NCBI GenBank assembly: GCA_964649065.1
Contig: CAZYOL010000004.1
Coordinates: 1 to 60,826 of the forward strand
Origin: an uncultured Spirochaetales bacterium
GTDB lineage: Bacteria; Myxococcota_A; UBA9160; SMWR01
Direction of reading: 5' to 3'
DNA: 60,826 nucleotides
Shown here: positions 36,994 to 46,536 of the stretch, in pieces
Numbering within the stretch: the stretch's first letter is position 1
Layout of the letters: every line of letters starts with the position of its first letter
The notes under the pieces: model-generated
What the model was told of the DNA's origin: nothing
Seen by the model: only the letters and a program-made list of their open reading frames with translations
Database searches by the model: none
Translations under genes and position numbers: made by a program

Positions 36994-38091
36994 ATGCGCG
37001 CCGCGGTCCTCGAGCAGCCCCGGGCCCCGCTCCGGCTCTGCGAAGATCTCGAAATCGACGAGCCGCGCGCCGGCGAGGTGCTGGTGCGCGTCTCCCACTG
37101 CGGGATCTGCCACTCCGATCTCTCGATCGTCGACGGCAGCTTTCCGGCCCCGCTGCCCATCGTCCTCGGTCACGAGGCCGCCGGGCACGTCGAGGCGCTG
37201 GGGCCCGGCGTCGATGGGCTCGCCCCCGGCGACGCGGTGATCCTCACGCCCTGTCCGCCCTGCGGGAGCTGCTACTTCTGCGTGCGCGGCGAGCCCAGCG
37301 TCTGCGTCCAGAGCCTCGGCATCGTGACGAACGCGCTGCCCGACGGTCGCACCGGGCTGAGTCGCGGGGGGCAGCCCGTCTACCGCGGGGTCAACGTCGG
37401 TGGCTTCGCGGAGCTGGTGCTGACGCCGGCCTCGGGAGCGGTGCGCGTGCCCCCCGAGGTGCCCCTCGAGACGGCCTGCGTGATCGGCTGCGCCGTCCAG
37501 ACCGGCGTCGGCGCCGTCCTCAACACCGCTCGGGTGGAGGAGGGCGCGACCGCGCTGATCCTGGGCCTCGGGGGCATCGGGCTCGCCGCGGTGCAGGGGG
37601 CCCGGCTGGCCGGCGCCGCCCGCATCCTGGTCTCGGATCCGCTGTCCGAGCGGCGGGAGCGGGCTCTGGCCCTGGGCGCCCACGAGGCCTTCGACCCCGC
37701 CCGCGACGACGTGGCCGCCCTCGCCCGCGAGCGGACCGGGGTCGGGGTCGACTACGCCTTCGAGTGTGCGGGGCGCGCCGCCCTGATCGGCACTGGACTG
37801 GCCGCGACCCGCAACGGCGGCACGCTGGTGGCCGTGGGGGCCCCTCCACTCGCCGAGAGCATCACCCTCGAGATGGCGGCGGCCTTCGTGATCAGCGGCA
37901 AGCGACTGCTGGCCAGCGTGCTCGGGGGCTGCCACTCGCTGCGGGAGATCCCGCGCCTGATCGCCCTCTGGCAGGCCGGTCGCCTCGACCTGGAGGCCTT
38001 CGTCACGGCCCGCAGGCCACTCGCCGAGATCGACGCCGCCATGGCCGATCTCGCGGCCGGGCGGGGGCTGCGCAGCGTGCTGTCGATCTAG
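36994..38091 (+). CDS. Zinc-dependent alcohol dehydrogenase
   Basis: GICHSD, GHEAAG, CGSCYFC...C, GCAVQTG, GLGGIG. Confidence 0.93.
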   Translation: MRAAVLEQPRAPLRLCEDLEIDEPRAGEVLVRVSHCGICHSDLSIVDGSFPAPLPIVLGHEAAGHVEALGPGVDGLAPGDAVILTPCPPCGSCYFCVRGEPSVCVQSLGIVTNALPDGRTGLSRGGQPVYRGVNVGGFAELVLTPASGAVRVPPEVPLETACVIGCAVQTGVGAVLNTARVEEGATALILGLGGIGLAAVQGARLAGAARILVSDPLSERRERALALGAHEAFDPARDDVAALARERTGVGVDYAFECAGRAALIGTGLAATRNGGTLVAVGAPPLAESITLEMAAAFVISGKRLLASVLGGCHSLREIPRLIALWQAGRLDLEAFVTARRPLAEIDAAMADLAAGRGLRSVLSI

Positions 38092-38119
38092 CCGCGGCCC
38101 GCGCATACACTCGGGGCCG

Positions 38120-38965
38120 ATGAGCCGGAGCGTCGTCCTGCACCCCTCCTGGCGCGAAGATCTCCGGCGCATCATCTACGAGGCCGACACGCCTGCCGGC
38201 AAGGCCTTCGACGTGGCCCTGCTGCTGACCATCGTGCTGAGCGTCGTGGCCGTGATGCTCGAGACCGTGGAGTCGATCCGCGTGGCCTGGGGAGGGGCCC
38301 TGCGACTCTTCGAGTGGGTGGTGACCCTGCTCTTCACCGCCGAGTACCTGCTGCGGATCGCCTGTGTCGCCCAGCCCCTGCGCTACGTGCGCAGCTTCTT
38401 CGGCGTGGTGGACCTGCTGTCCATCCTGCCCACCTACCTGAGCCTGCTGATCCCGGGCTCCCAGTCCCTGCTGGTGATCCGCGCCCTGCGCCTGCTGCGG
38501 GTCTTCCGCGTCTTCAAGGCCGCGCGTTTTCTCGGAGAGGCCTACGTGCTCGTCGCGGCCCTGCGCTCCAGCCTGCGCAAGGTCATCGTCTTCGTCTCCA
38601 CCGTGCTGATCATCACGATCATCACCGGGGCGGCCATGTACCTCATCGAGGGGAAGGAGAACGGCTTCGACAGCATCCCCCGCTCGATGTACTGGGCGAT
38701 CGTGACCATGACGACGGTCGGCTACGGCGACATCGCCCCCCAGACCGTGCTCGGCCAGCTGCTGGCCGCGACGCTGATGATCCTCGGCTACGGCATCATC
38801 GCGGTCCCGACCGGCATCGTGTCGGCGGAGATGGTGCAGGCCTCGCGCCGGCCGGTCTCGACGCGGGCCTGCCCCGCCTGCGCCTGCGAGGGCCACGAGG
38901 TCGACGCTCTCCACTGTCGGCGCTGCGGCGCATCGCTGGCGCCAGGGGAGTCCGAGGCCTCGTGA
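38120..38965 (+). CDS. Voltage-gated potassium channel (ion transporter)
   Basis: S4 segment RALRLLRVFRVFK; TMTTVGYGD selectivity filter; C-terminal CxxC...CxxC. Confidence 0.93.
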   Translation: MSRSVVLHPSWREDLRRIIYEADTPAGKAFDVALLLTIVLSVVAVMLETVESIRVAWGGALRLFEWVVTLLFTAEYLLRIACVAQPLRYVRSFFGVVDLLSILPTYLSLLIPGSQSLLVIRALRLLRVFRVFKAARFLGEAYVLVAALRSSLRKVIVFVSTVLIITIITGAAMYLIEGKENGFDSIPRSMYWAIVTMTTVGYGDIAPQTVLGQLLAATLMILGYGIIAVPTGIVSAEMVQASRRPVSTRACPACACEGHEVDALHCRRCGASLAPGESEAS

Positions 38966-39164
38966 CGCAGTGCAGTATCCCGGCGGCCCGCGCGCGGTGG
39001 AGAGCGCCGGGCGGCCGACGGCTGTTCGGGGAGCCCGGCACGGGAGGCCTCGCGTCGGCCCGGGGCGGGCCAGCATCGGCCCGAAAGCCCGCTATCTTCT
39101 CCCGCTCGGGGCCCTTCGTCCGATGGAAGCTCCGCTTCCGAGAACCGCTGCAAGGAGACACCGC

Positions 39165-40484
39165 GTGCGCCCGCACATCCCCGTCCTGCTCATATTCTGC
39201 CTGCTCCTCGCCTCCCCGGCACTCGCCCAGAACGCCGAGGACGCCGGAGCGCTCACGCCGACCTTCCAGGAAGGCGACGTCATCAGCTTCGACGAGCTCG
39301 AGAAGCTGCGGCCCTTCCTGCCCGAAGAGTTCTGGCAGAACCGCGACTTCTTCTTCTACGAGGGCATGCAGCTCGAGGTCGGTCCCACCCAGGCCGACTA
39401 CTCGCCGAACGACGTCTTCATGGCCGCCACCAACGAGTTCCGCGGCCAGCCCCGCGTCGGGCCCTCGAGCAGCCTCGAGAACTACGTGGCGGGCTGGCCC
39501 TTCCACCCGGACGACATCTCCTGCTCCGAGGATCCGCAGGCCGGCGCCAAGATCATGTGGGACTTCGTGTCGGGCGGCTACGACGGCCGCGCCAGCTTCT
39601 TCTACTCCTACTGGGATCGCGGCGAGCGCCTGCCCCTCTACTACGAGGGAAGCGGCCAGAGCGTGAAGCTGGCGCATCGGGTCGAGCCCTCCTACCTCGC
39701 CGAGAACAACGGCGACATCTTCCGCGGTGAGAAGCGCAAGGGTGCCTTCGGCGCCGAGGTGGACGCCCCCTTCGACGCCCGGGGCATCCAGCTGCTCTCC
39801 TACCGCTACAAGTCCTCGGACAAGCCGCCGGACCAGGCCAAGAACGACGACACCTGGGTCTACGTGCCGACGCTGCGCCGCGTGCGCCGCATCTCCTCGG
39901 CCCAGCGCACCGATGCCGTCTCGGGCACCGACTTCACCTTCGACGACCTGCGCAGCTTCAACGGCATCGTCCCGCAGTACGAGTGGGAGTGCCTGGCGGA
40001 GCGCAAGATCATCGCGCCGATGAACACCAAGGTGAAGGCCTACCCCTACGACAAGGACCACAACTTCGGTCCCTACGGCCTCTCCTTCGCTGACGATCGC
40101 TGGGAGCTGCGCGATGCCTACGTGGTCCGGATGACGCCCCGCAACGCGGACCATCCCTACCACCACAAGGACATCTACATCGACAAGCAGACCTTCTCCC
40201 CGCTCTACTCCTTCGCCTACGACCGCAAGGAGGAGCTCTGGAAGATCATCTGGCACAACAAGCGCTGGAGCCAGGATCGGAGCCTGACCGAGGACAACTG
40301 GTTCCCGGGCTGGGAGGAGATCCCCGAGCCGAGGGCCATCGTGGTGGTCTCGGACATCATTGCGAACGTGCAGACCGGAACCGGCAACCGGATCGAGTTC
40401 TGGGACGCACAGGGCACGCCGCTGCCCTCGAAGGGCAAGATCCGCCGCTTCATCGACGTCGGAAAGCTCACCAAGGGCCGCTAG
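39165..40484 (+). CDS. DUF1329 domain exported protein
   Basis: AAGGAG RBS; signal peptide; AGWPF...DPQAGAKIMW, DDTWVYVPTLRRVRR, WELRDAYVV, HPY...YIDKQ. Confidence 0.85.
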   Translation: MRPHIPVLLIFCLLLASPALAQNAEDAGALTPTFQEGDVISFDELEKLRPFLPEEFWQNRDFFFYEGMQLEVGPTQADYSPNDVFMAATNEFRGQPRVGPSSSLENYVAGWPFHPDDISCSEDPQAGAKIMWDFVSGGYDGRASFFYSYWDRGERLPLYYEGSGQSVKLAHRVEPSYLAENNGDIFRGEKRKGAFGAEVDAPFDARGIQLLSYRYKSSDKPPDQAKNDDTWVYVPTLRRVRRISSAQRTDAVSGTDFTFDDLRSFNGIVPQYEWECLAERKIIAPMNTKVKAYPYDKDHNFGPYGLSFADDRWELRDAYVVRMTPRNADHPYHHKDIYIDKQTFSPLYSFAYDRKEELWKIIWHNKRWSQDRSLTEDNWFPGWEEIPEPRAIVVVSDIIANVQTGTGNRIEFWDAQGTPLPSKGKIRRFIDVGKLTKGR

Positions 40485-40496
40485 ACCGATCTCGCG

Positions 40497-40518
40497 CGGG
40501 GAGCACCCGGGCTCCCCG
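40497..40518 (+). terminator. GC hairpin downstream of DUF1329
   Basis: CGGGGAGC-accCgg-GCTCCCCG, 8-bp stem just after the stop; no U-tract. Confidence 0.3.
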
Positions 40519-40539
40519 GCTCCGCCCGGAGCGGAACCT

Positions 40540-40565
40540 TCAAGGGGTCGCCGCCACTGGCCGAT
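40540..40565 (+). promoter_or_regulatory. sigma28/FliA-like promoter
   Basis: TCAAG-N15-GCCGAT upstream of the diguanylate cyclase. Confidence 0.6.
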
Positions 40566-40590
40566 GGGCTCCTGGAGAAGGGACCGCGCC

Positions 40591-42348
40591 ATGGCGCGGC
40601 GGGGAGCCCTGGGAGCCTTGGAGTCGTCACACCGCCCCCTCCGGGGCTTCGCGCTGGGCAGGCTGTGGACTGCCTTCGAGAGCCTGCACGCCCGGCTGCT
40701 CCTGGCTGCCGTGGCGGCCACGCTGGCCTCTTCGCTCGCCGTCACCTGGATCTCGACGCGCTCGACCGAGTCCTTCCTGCGCGAGGAGATCGACCGGAAG
40801 TTCCCGGAGATCCTCGAGACCGCCAGCGAGCGCCTCGACCTCTGGTACGCCCAGCGCCAGCTCGACCTCGACACCTTCGCGAAGAGCCGAACCCTGGTCC
40901 GGCTCTTCGCTGGGGCTACGGAGAGCGGGATCCCCGGCTCCCAGCTGGCCGAGGCCTCCAGCTACCTGGCCTACGTCCTCGAGCGCTTTCCCCAGTTCCA
41001 GGCCCTCTTCGCCCTCGACCTGAGCGGGCAGCCGCTGGTCTGGGTGGGCGTCGAGGTGCCGCTGCCGGAGGGCCTGCGCAGCCGGCTCGCCAACGTCCGC
41101 GGCCTGGAGACCTCCGGCACCCATCGGCTCGGCGACGCCGCCGTCCAGTTCTCCTCGGCGGCGATGCTCGACCCGGGCGGGAGCCGGATCGCCACCCTGC
41201 ACGCCCTGCTGGATCCAGCGCCCCTGGAGGCGATCCTCGCGAGCGCCGACCTCGGCGCCGGCGGCGGCATCTACGTGGTTGCGCCCGACGGGGGAGTCGT
41301 CCTGGCCGGCCTGGGGGCCTCTCCCCGACAGCGCTACCGCCGCGCGCTGCCCGGCGCCGAGGCGCCTCCGAGCGTGGAGCAGTACCACGGGCCCGGCGGC
41401 GCGGCCCTGGTGGGCGCGGCCCGGGCCTTCGAGCGCTTCGGCTGGGTGCTGGTGGTCGAGGAGCCCTACGTCGAGGCCTTCGCGCCCGTGGTCGCCCTGT
41501 CCCGTCGCACCCTGGCCATCGACCTGGTCATCGTCCTCGGGGCGAGCCTGGCCGCGCTGCTCATGGCTCGATCGATCGTGCGGCCCCTGGTGGCCCTGTC
41601 GCTGCAGGCTCGACGCATCGCCGCCGGAGAGACCGAGGTGGTGATTCCGGTCTCGAGCCGGCGCGACGAGATCGGGGTGCTGACCCGCGCCCTCCACGAG
41701 ATGACGACGCGCCTGTACCGCAACCAGGTGGAGCTCCAGGAGAAGCGGGCGGAGATCGAGCAGGCCAACATCCGCCTGGCCGCGCACAACAGCCAGCTCC
41801 AGCAGGTGAACGAGGTGCTCGAGCAGCTCTCGATCACGGACGGCCTGACCCGGCTCCACAACCACCGCTTCTTTCAGGACCACCTGCCCCGGGAGGTGAA
41901 GCGCGCCGAGCGCACCGGCGAGTCCCTGGCCTTGCTGCTGATCGACATCGACGATTTCAAGCAGCTGAACGACCGCCACGGCCACGCGGCGGGCGACACG
42001 GTGCTGCGCAACGTGGCCGAGGTGATGAGCCTCCTGGTCCGGGACATGGATCTGCTCTCCCGCTACGGCGGCGAGGAGTTCGCCCTGCTCGCCAGCCAGA
42101 CCGACCTCCGGGGCGGCGTGGCCCTGGCCGAGAAGATCCGCCAGGAGATCGAGCGGAGCCGCTTCCGGATCGAGGACCGCGAGGGCCCGCACGAGGTGGG
42201 GATCACCGTCTCGGTGGGCGTGGCGGTCTACAAGAGCGACCCCAAGGCCTTCTTCGAGGAGGCCGACCAGGCGCTGTATCGCGCCAAGAGGGCCGGCAAG
42301 AACTGCGTGGTGGTGGCGGGCGAGGACTCAGCGCGTCGCCAGCAGTGA
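40591..42348 (+). CDS. Membrane diguanylate cyclase (Cache-like sensor, HAMP, GGDEF)
   Basis: Two TMs; HAMP (DEIGVLTRAL); TDGLTRLHN, DIDDFKQLND, RDMD I-site + RYGGEEF, ADQALYRAK. Confidence 0.93.
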   Translation: MARRGALGALESSHRPLRGFALGRLWTAFESLHARLLLAAVAATLASSLAVTWISTRSTESFLREEIDRKFPEILETASERLDLWYAQRQLDLDTFAKSRTLVRLFAGATESGIPGSQLAEASSYLAYVLERFPQFQALFALDLSGQPLVWVGVEVPLPEGLRSRLANVRGLETSGTHRLGDAAVQFSSAAMLDPGGSRIATLHALLDPAPLEAILASADLGAGGGIYVVAPDGGVVLAGLGASPRQRYRRALPGAEAPPSVEQYHGPGGAALVGAARAFERFGWVLVVEEPYVEAFAPVVALSRRTLAIDLVIVLGASLAALLMARSIVRPLVALSLQARRIAAGETEVVIPVSSRRDEIGVLTRALHEMTTRLYRNQVELQEKRAEIEQANIRLAAHNSQLQQVNEVLEQLSITDGLTRLHNHRFFQDHLPREVKRAERTGESLALLLIDIDDFKQLNDRHGHAAGDTVLRNVAEVMSLLVRDMDLLSRYGGEEFALLASQTDLRGGVALAEKIRQEIERSRFRIEDREGPHEVGITVSVGVAVYKSDPKAFFEEADQALYRAKRAGKNCVVVAGEDSARRQQ

Positions 42349-43056
42349 GGCGTGCACCCAGCCCACGGGACCGACGAGGGTCCGCACCATCACCCAGCTG
42401 CCCTGCTCGCGCTTCGCGAAGACGGGGGTGTCGCGATCGAGGATCAGGATGATCTCGTGCTCGGTGGAGGGACCCGAGCGCAGATTCACCCGCAGCGCGC
42501 CGACGATGCGCACGTCCTCCTCCGCCGCCTCGACCCGGTCGGCCTCCTCGTGGAGCGTGTCCGCGATGCGCTGGGCCCGCGAGGCGAAGAAGACCGCCGA
42601 GCCGGGCCGGTCCGCCTGGAGCTGACGCTCGGCCTCCTCGAGCTTCTCCGCGGCCTCCGAGAGCTGGTCGCGTCGCCAGGGAGAGCGCTGCCGGGCGCGT
42701 CCGACCGACAGGCGGGCCTCGGCGACCGCCGAGACGGCGTCGGCGCGCCCGTGGGCGCTGCGCAGGCCCGACTCGATGGCGACCATCGACTCCTCCGCCT
42801 GGCGCAGGTCGGCCTTGAGGCGCTCCACCTCGCGCTCCAGGTAGCGAGCCCGCTCGCGGTGGGCGCTGCGGTAGATCTCGCGCTCCTGGTGCTCCTGGGC
42901 CCGGACCGCGGCGGCCGGCTCCGGGACGGAGCGTCCGGGCAGGGCGAGGCTCGCGCAGCCGACGCCGGCGCCCCCCCACGCCAGCAGGCAGAGCGCCAGC
43001 CTGCGGCGTCTGGCTCGCAGGGAGCGACGGGAGGCTGTTCCAGCGGCGTGCGGCAT
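42328..43056 (-). CDS. Lipoprotein with coiled coil and bacterial SH3 domain
   Basis: GVGC lipobox; coiled-coil region; VNLRSGPST...GWVHASLL SH3b motif. Confidence 0.8.
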   Translation of the reverse strand: MPHAAGTASRRSLRARRRRLALCLLAWGGAGVGCASLALPGRSVPEPAAAVRAQEHQEREIYRSAHRERARYLEREVERLKADLRQAEESMVAIESGLRSAHGRADAVSAVAEARLSVGRARQRSPWRRDQLSEAAEKLEEAERQLQADRPGSAVFFASRAQRIADTLHEEADRVEAAEEDVRIVGALRVNLRSGPSTEHEIILILDRDTPVFAKREQGSWVMVRTLVGPVGWVHASLLATR

Positions 43057-43176
43057 CCGGGAGTCTCGTGGGCCTCCGCCTCGCGCCGGAGGCGGCTGGA
43101 GCCGGTATCGGGAGGTCCGGGCCGGTTCTTGATGCCGCTTCCGCTCCGGGGAGGGACGGCCCCGGGCGAGGGAGGC

Positions 43177-44370
43177 TCAGGCTCGGCCGCGCCGCTCCCA
43201 CCAGCCCTGCAGCAGCTCCGCGAGGCGCTCCGGCGTATTGCAGCCGGGATCCTCCACGACGCGATCGGCCAGGTAGGCCAGGGCCTCCCCGACGACGGGG
43301 CCGGGCCGACAGCCGAGCCGCCTCACGACCTCCCGCCCGTCGAGGGCGAGGTCCCGTCGTCGCAGCGCCACCTTCCCGGCCCGGCGCACCCGCTCGATCG
43401 CGCCGAGCAGAGTCTCCCAGGCCTCCCGCGCCGCCGGGTCTGCGCCCTGCGCGAGCTCGGCGCCGCGCAGCGCGAGGAGCGCGTCCAGGTCGTCTCCGGC
43501 GCGCCGCAGCATGCGCCGCACCGAGGCGTCGCTCTCGGGCCGGACGCCGGCCTCCAGGGGGTGGAGGCGGAGCAGGCGCTCGACGTGTTGGCCGCGCACT
43601 CGCGAGAAGCGCAGGCGCTTGAGAATGGCGTGGGTGCTCGTGCCCCGCAGCCAGGCTGCCAGCCTCAGGTCGAGGTCCCGAGGCAGCCGGGTCAGCAGCG
43701 CGGGCGCGTCGGCCGCGGCGCCCGGCGCCAGCTCCGCCTCGAGCCCTCCCTCGCGCAGCAGGGCCAGCCCCCGATCCACGGCGGGCCCGAGCAGCATCCG
43801 CTGCAGCTCCGAGCGGACCCGCTCGGCGGCCACGGCGCGCAGCGGGACCGCGGTGGCCGGCATGGCTCCTGCGATCTCCGGGTCTGCGGCGAAGCCCTGG
43901 GTGGCCACCAGACGCGCCGCGCGCAGCGCACGCAGGGGATCCTCGGCGAAGCGGTCGGCCGCCCGACCCACGGCGCGCAGCCGGCCCGCGGCCAGGTCGG
44001 AGCGGCCGGAGAAGGGGTCGAGCCAGACCTCGCGCAGCGGGTCGCAGGCGATGGCGTTCACCGTGAAGTCGCGATGGGCGAGGTCGTCCTCGAGTCGAGG
44101 GCCGGCGCGCAGCGTGGTCACGTCCACCGGGCCGGCGGCGCTGGGAACCATCACCGTGCCGTGTCGGACTCCGATCGGGACCGCGCGGGGGAAGAGCGCG
44201 AGGGTCGCCTCCGGCGGCGCCGCCGTGACGACGTCGAAGTCGTGGATCTCGCGTCCCTGGATCCAGTCGCGGACGCAGCCGCCCACCAGGGCCGCCGAGA
44301 AGCCCGCCTCGTGGAGGCGCCGGAGCACCTGGAGCACGGCGCCGGGCCAGGTCGCGACGGGATCCTCCAC
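43177..44370 (-). CDS. cca: Class II tRNA nucleotidyltransferase, probably CC-adding
   Basis: VGGCVRD, DFDVVT, EDDLAHRDFTVNA, FAEDPLRALRAAR, AERVRSE; loop after TTLR is deleted; no HD domain. Confidence 0.88.
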   Translation of the reverse strand: MEDPVATWPGAVLQVLRRLHEAGFSAALVGGCVRDWIQGREIHDFDVVTAAPPEATLALFPRAVPIGVRHGTVMVPSAAGPVDVTTLRAGPRLEDDLAHRDFTVNAIACDPLREVWLDPFSGRSDLAAGRLRAVGRAADRFAEDPLRALRAARLVATQGFAADPEIAGAMPATAVPLRAVAAERVRSELQRMLLGPAVDRGLALLREGGLEAELAPGAAADAPALLTRLPRDLDLRLAAWLRGTSTHAILKRLRFSRVRGQHVERLLRLHPLEAGVRPESDASVRRMLRRAGDDLDALLALRGAELAQGADPAAREAWETLLGAIERVRRAGKVALRRRDLALDGREVVRRLGCRPGPVVGEALAYLADRVVEDPGCNTPERLAELLQGWWERRGRA

Positions 44371-44461
44371 GCGAGGAAGTCTACCCGGGCGGTCGCCGGC
44401 GGCCGATCCACCGCGGGCGTGGGGTATGCTCCCGCGCCGGCGCAGGCAGAGGGGAGGGGAC

Positions 44462-45151
44462 ATGGCGGCCGGCCGCCCGGGCAGCGACATCGAGATCCAG
44501 GCGGACGAGCCGATTCCCGCCTACCGCTCGGTCTCGCCGAGGGGCAGCGGTCGCGGGGTCGTGGTCTTCCACGAGGCCTGGGGGCTGGTGGACCAGGTTC
44601 GCGACGTCTGCGATCGCCTGGCCCGGGAGGGCTTCGTCGCGTTGGCCCCCGATCTCTTCCGCGGTCGCAGCGGCCAGACGCCGGAAGAGGCCGCTGAGCT
44701 GATGGGGGGACTCGAGATCGCCCGGGTCGGGGCCGATGCCGATGGCGCCGTGGCGGCGCTGCTGAACGACGACCGCGTGGACGGCAGTCGCGTCGGGGCC
44801 CTCGGCTTCTGCATGGGAGGGGCCGTCGCACTCTTCGCGGGGACGCGCAACGCTCGCATCGGCGCAGTGGTAGATTGCTACGGCATCCTCCCCGACTTCC
44901 CTCTGGCCCTGGAGGACCTGAAGGCGCCGGTGCTGGGGCTCTTCGGAAGCGAGGACGAGTTCATCTCCCAGCAGGAGATCCGGGGCCTGGAGCTCTCCCT
45001 GCGCGCCCACAGTCCGAGGTCGACGCTTCGCTGCTACGCCGGCGTGGGACATGCCTTCATGAACGAGAGCCGACCGGACCGCTACGACGCGCGCGCGGCG
45101 GCCGATGCCTGGCAGGCACTGCTGGCCTTCCTGCGCACGGAGCTGGCATGA
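44462..45151 (+). CDS. Dienelactone hydrolase family protein
   Basis: HEAWGL, APDLF, GFCMGG, GHAFMN; GGAGG RBS. Confidence 0.93.
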   Translation: MAAGRPGSDIEIQADEPIPAYRSVSPRGSGRGVVVFHEAWGLVDQVRDVCDRLAREGFVALAPDLFRGRSGQTPEEAAELMGGLEIARVGADADGAVAALLNDDRVDGSRVGALGFCMGGAVALFAGTRNARIGAVVDCYGILPDFPLALEDLKAPVLGLFGSEDEFISQQEIRGLELSLRAHSPRSTLRCYAGVGHAFMNESRPDRYDARAAADAWQALLAFLRTELA

Positions 45152-46050
45152 GCCGCTCCGAGCTCGTGCCTCTGCCTCGGCGGCTGCCGCGCAAGAAGGG
45201 CTGGCGCTGGCCGCTGCCGGCCTCGATCCGGGCTCTCTCCGACGAGCTGGACGAGCGCATGGCGCGCCTGCCGACGCGGCTCAACGAGTACGGCTACGAC
45301 CCCTTCGGCCTCGACCCGACGTCGGTGAAGCCTCTGCTCCTGCCGATGCTGGTCGCCTACCGCCACTACTTCCGGGTGGAGACGCAGGGCATCGAGCGGG
45401 TTCCCGAGGGCCGGGTGCTGCTGATCGGGAACCACGCGGGCAACACCTTCGCCTGGGACGGCGCCATGCTCGGCATGTCACTGCTGCTCGAGGCGGAGCC
45501 TCCGCGCATGGTGCGGGGCATGGCGGAGTACTATCTGCCCACGATCCCCTTCTTCAACATCCTGATGATCCGCGCCGGCTCGATCGTGGGGACGCCCCAC
45601 AACTGCGCGCAGCTCCTCGAGCAGGGCGAGGCGATCATGGTCTTTCCGGAGGGCCAGCGCGGCTTCGTGAAGACCTGGCGGCACCGCTACGAGCTGCAGG
45701 AGTTCGGGCTGGGCTTCATGCGCCTGGCCCTGGAGACCGCGACGCCCATCGTCCCGGTCGGCATCGTGGGTGCCGAGGAGGTCTCGCCGGCCTTCGCGAA
45801 CCTGCGCTCGCTGGGCCGCCTCTTCGGATCCCCGGCCTTTCCGGTGACGGCCACCTTCCCGTGGCTCGGGCCGCTGGGCTTCGTGCCTTTGCCCTCGAAG
45901 TTCCGGATCCACTTCGGCGATCCCCTCTGCTTCGAGGGAGATCCCTCCGAGGAGGATGCGCGCGTCGAGGAGAAGGTCGAGGTCGTGAAGCAGGCCATCC
46001 GCCGGCTGGTCTCCGAGGGCCTCGAGGCCCGCGGCAGCGCCTTCGGATGA
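45148..46050 (+). CDS. Lysophospholipid (PlsC-like) acyltransferase
   Basis: GYDPFG, NHAG...WDG, VFPEG, PIVPVGIVG; ATGA coupling. Confidence 0.9.
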   Translation: MSRSELVPLPRRLPRKKGWRWPLPASIRALSDELDERMARLPTRLNEYGYDPFGLDPTSVKPLLLPMLVAYRHYFRVETQGIERVPEGRVLLIGNHAGNTFAWDGAMLGMSLLLEAEPPRMVRGMAEYYLPTIPFFNILMIRAGSIVGTPHNCAQLLEQGEAIMVFPEGQRGFVKTWRHRYELQEFGLGFMRLALETATPIVPVGIVGAEEVSPAFANLRSLGRLFGSPAFPVTATFPWLGPLGFVPLPSKFRIHFGDPLCFEGDPSEEDARVEEKVEVVKQAIRRLVSEGLEARGSAFG

Positions 46051-46487
46051 GTCTCGAGTCCCCTGCCGGGCCCGGCGAGCGCGCGGCGCGCGTCGACCGC
46101 TGGGTCTTCCTCCGGGACGTCGGGGTCTTTCAGCTGAAGCTCCTCCTGGACGGGCTGCGCGACGCCGTCCTGGTGCCCGTCTCGATCGCGGCCGCAGTCT
46201 ACGATCTGTTGGCCGGCGCCCCTTCGCGACAGCGTTTCTACCAGGTGGTGGTCGCGGCGCGCCGTAGCGAGGCCTGGATCGACCTCTTCGAGGCGGCGAA
46301 TCGCGTCTCCCCGAGGGCTCCCTCCCAGGATCCCGAGCCCCTCGGCCTCGACGAGCTCGCGCGGCGCCTCGAGAGCCTGCTCGTGCGCGAGGAGGCCCGC
46401 GGCGGCCTCACCCACGCGGCTCGCCGCAGCGTGGACCGGCTGCTCGACGCCGCCGAGTCGCTGCGCTCCCGGGGGCGAGAGTCCTAG
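46047..46487 (+). CDS. Hypothetical protein
   Basis: ATGA coupling; RDVGVFQLKLLLDGLRDAVLVPVS looks like a conserved block. Confidence 0.7.
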   Translation: MSLESPAGPGERAARVDRWVFLRDVGVFQLKLLLDGLRDAVLVPVSIAAAVYDLLAGAPSRQRFYQVVVAARRSEAWIDLFEAANRVSPRAPSQDPEPLGLDELARRLESLLVREEARGGLTHAARRSVDRLLDAAESLRSRGRES

Positions 46488-46536
46488 GGCCCGGCCTCAG
46501 CGCGACCCCGGCCGCGGCTCCGAGCGCCGCTGCGGC

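Noticed and set aside
40360-40590. Longer N-terminus for the diguanylate cyclase (starts at 40360 or 40564)
   Set aside because: 40360 overlaps DUF1329 and 40564 lies inside the predicted -10 element; ATG 40591 has a purine-rich RBS-like stretch upstream.
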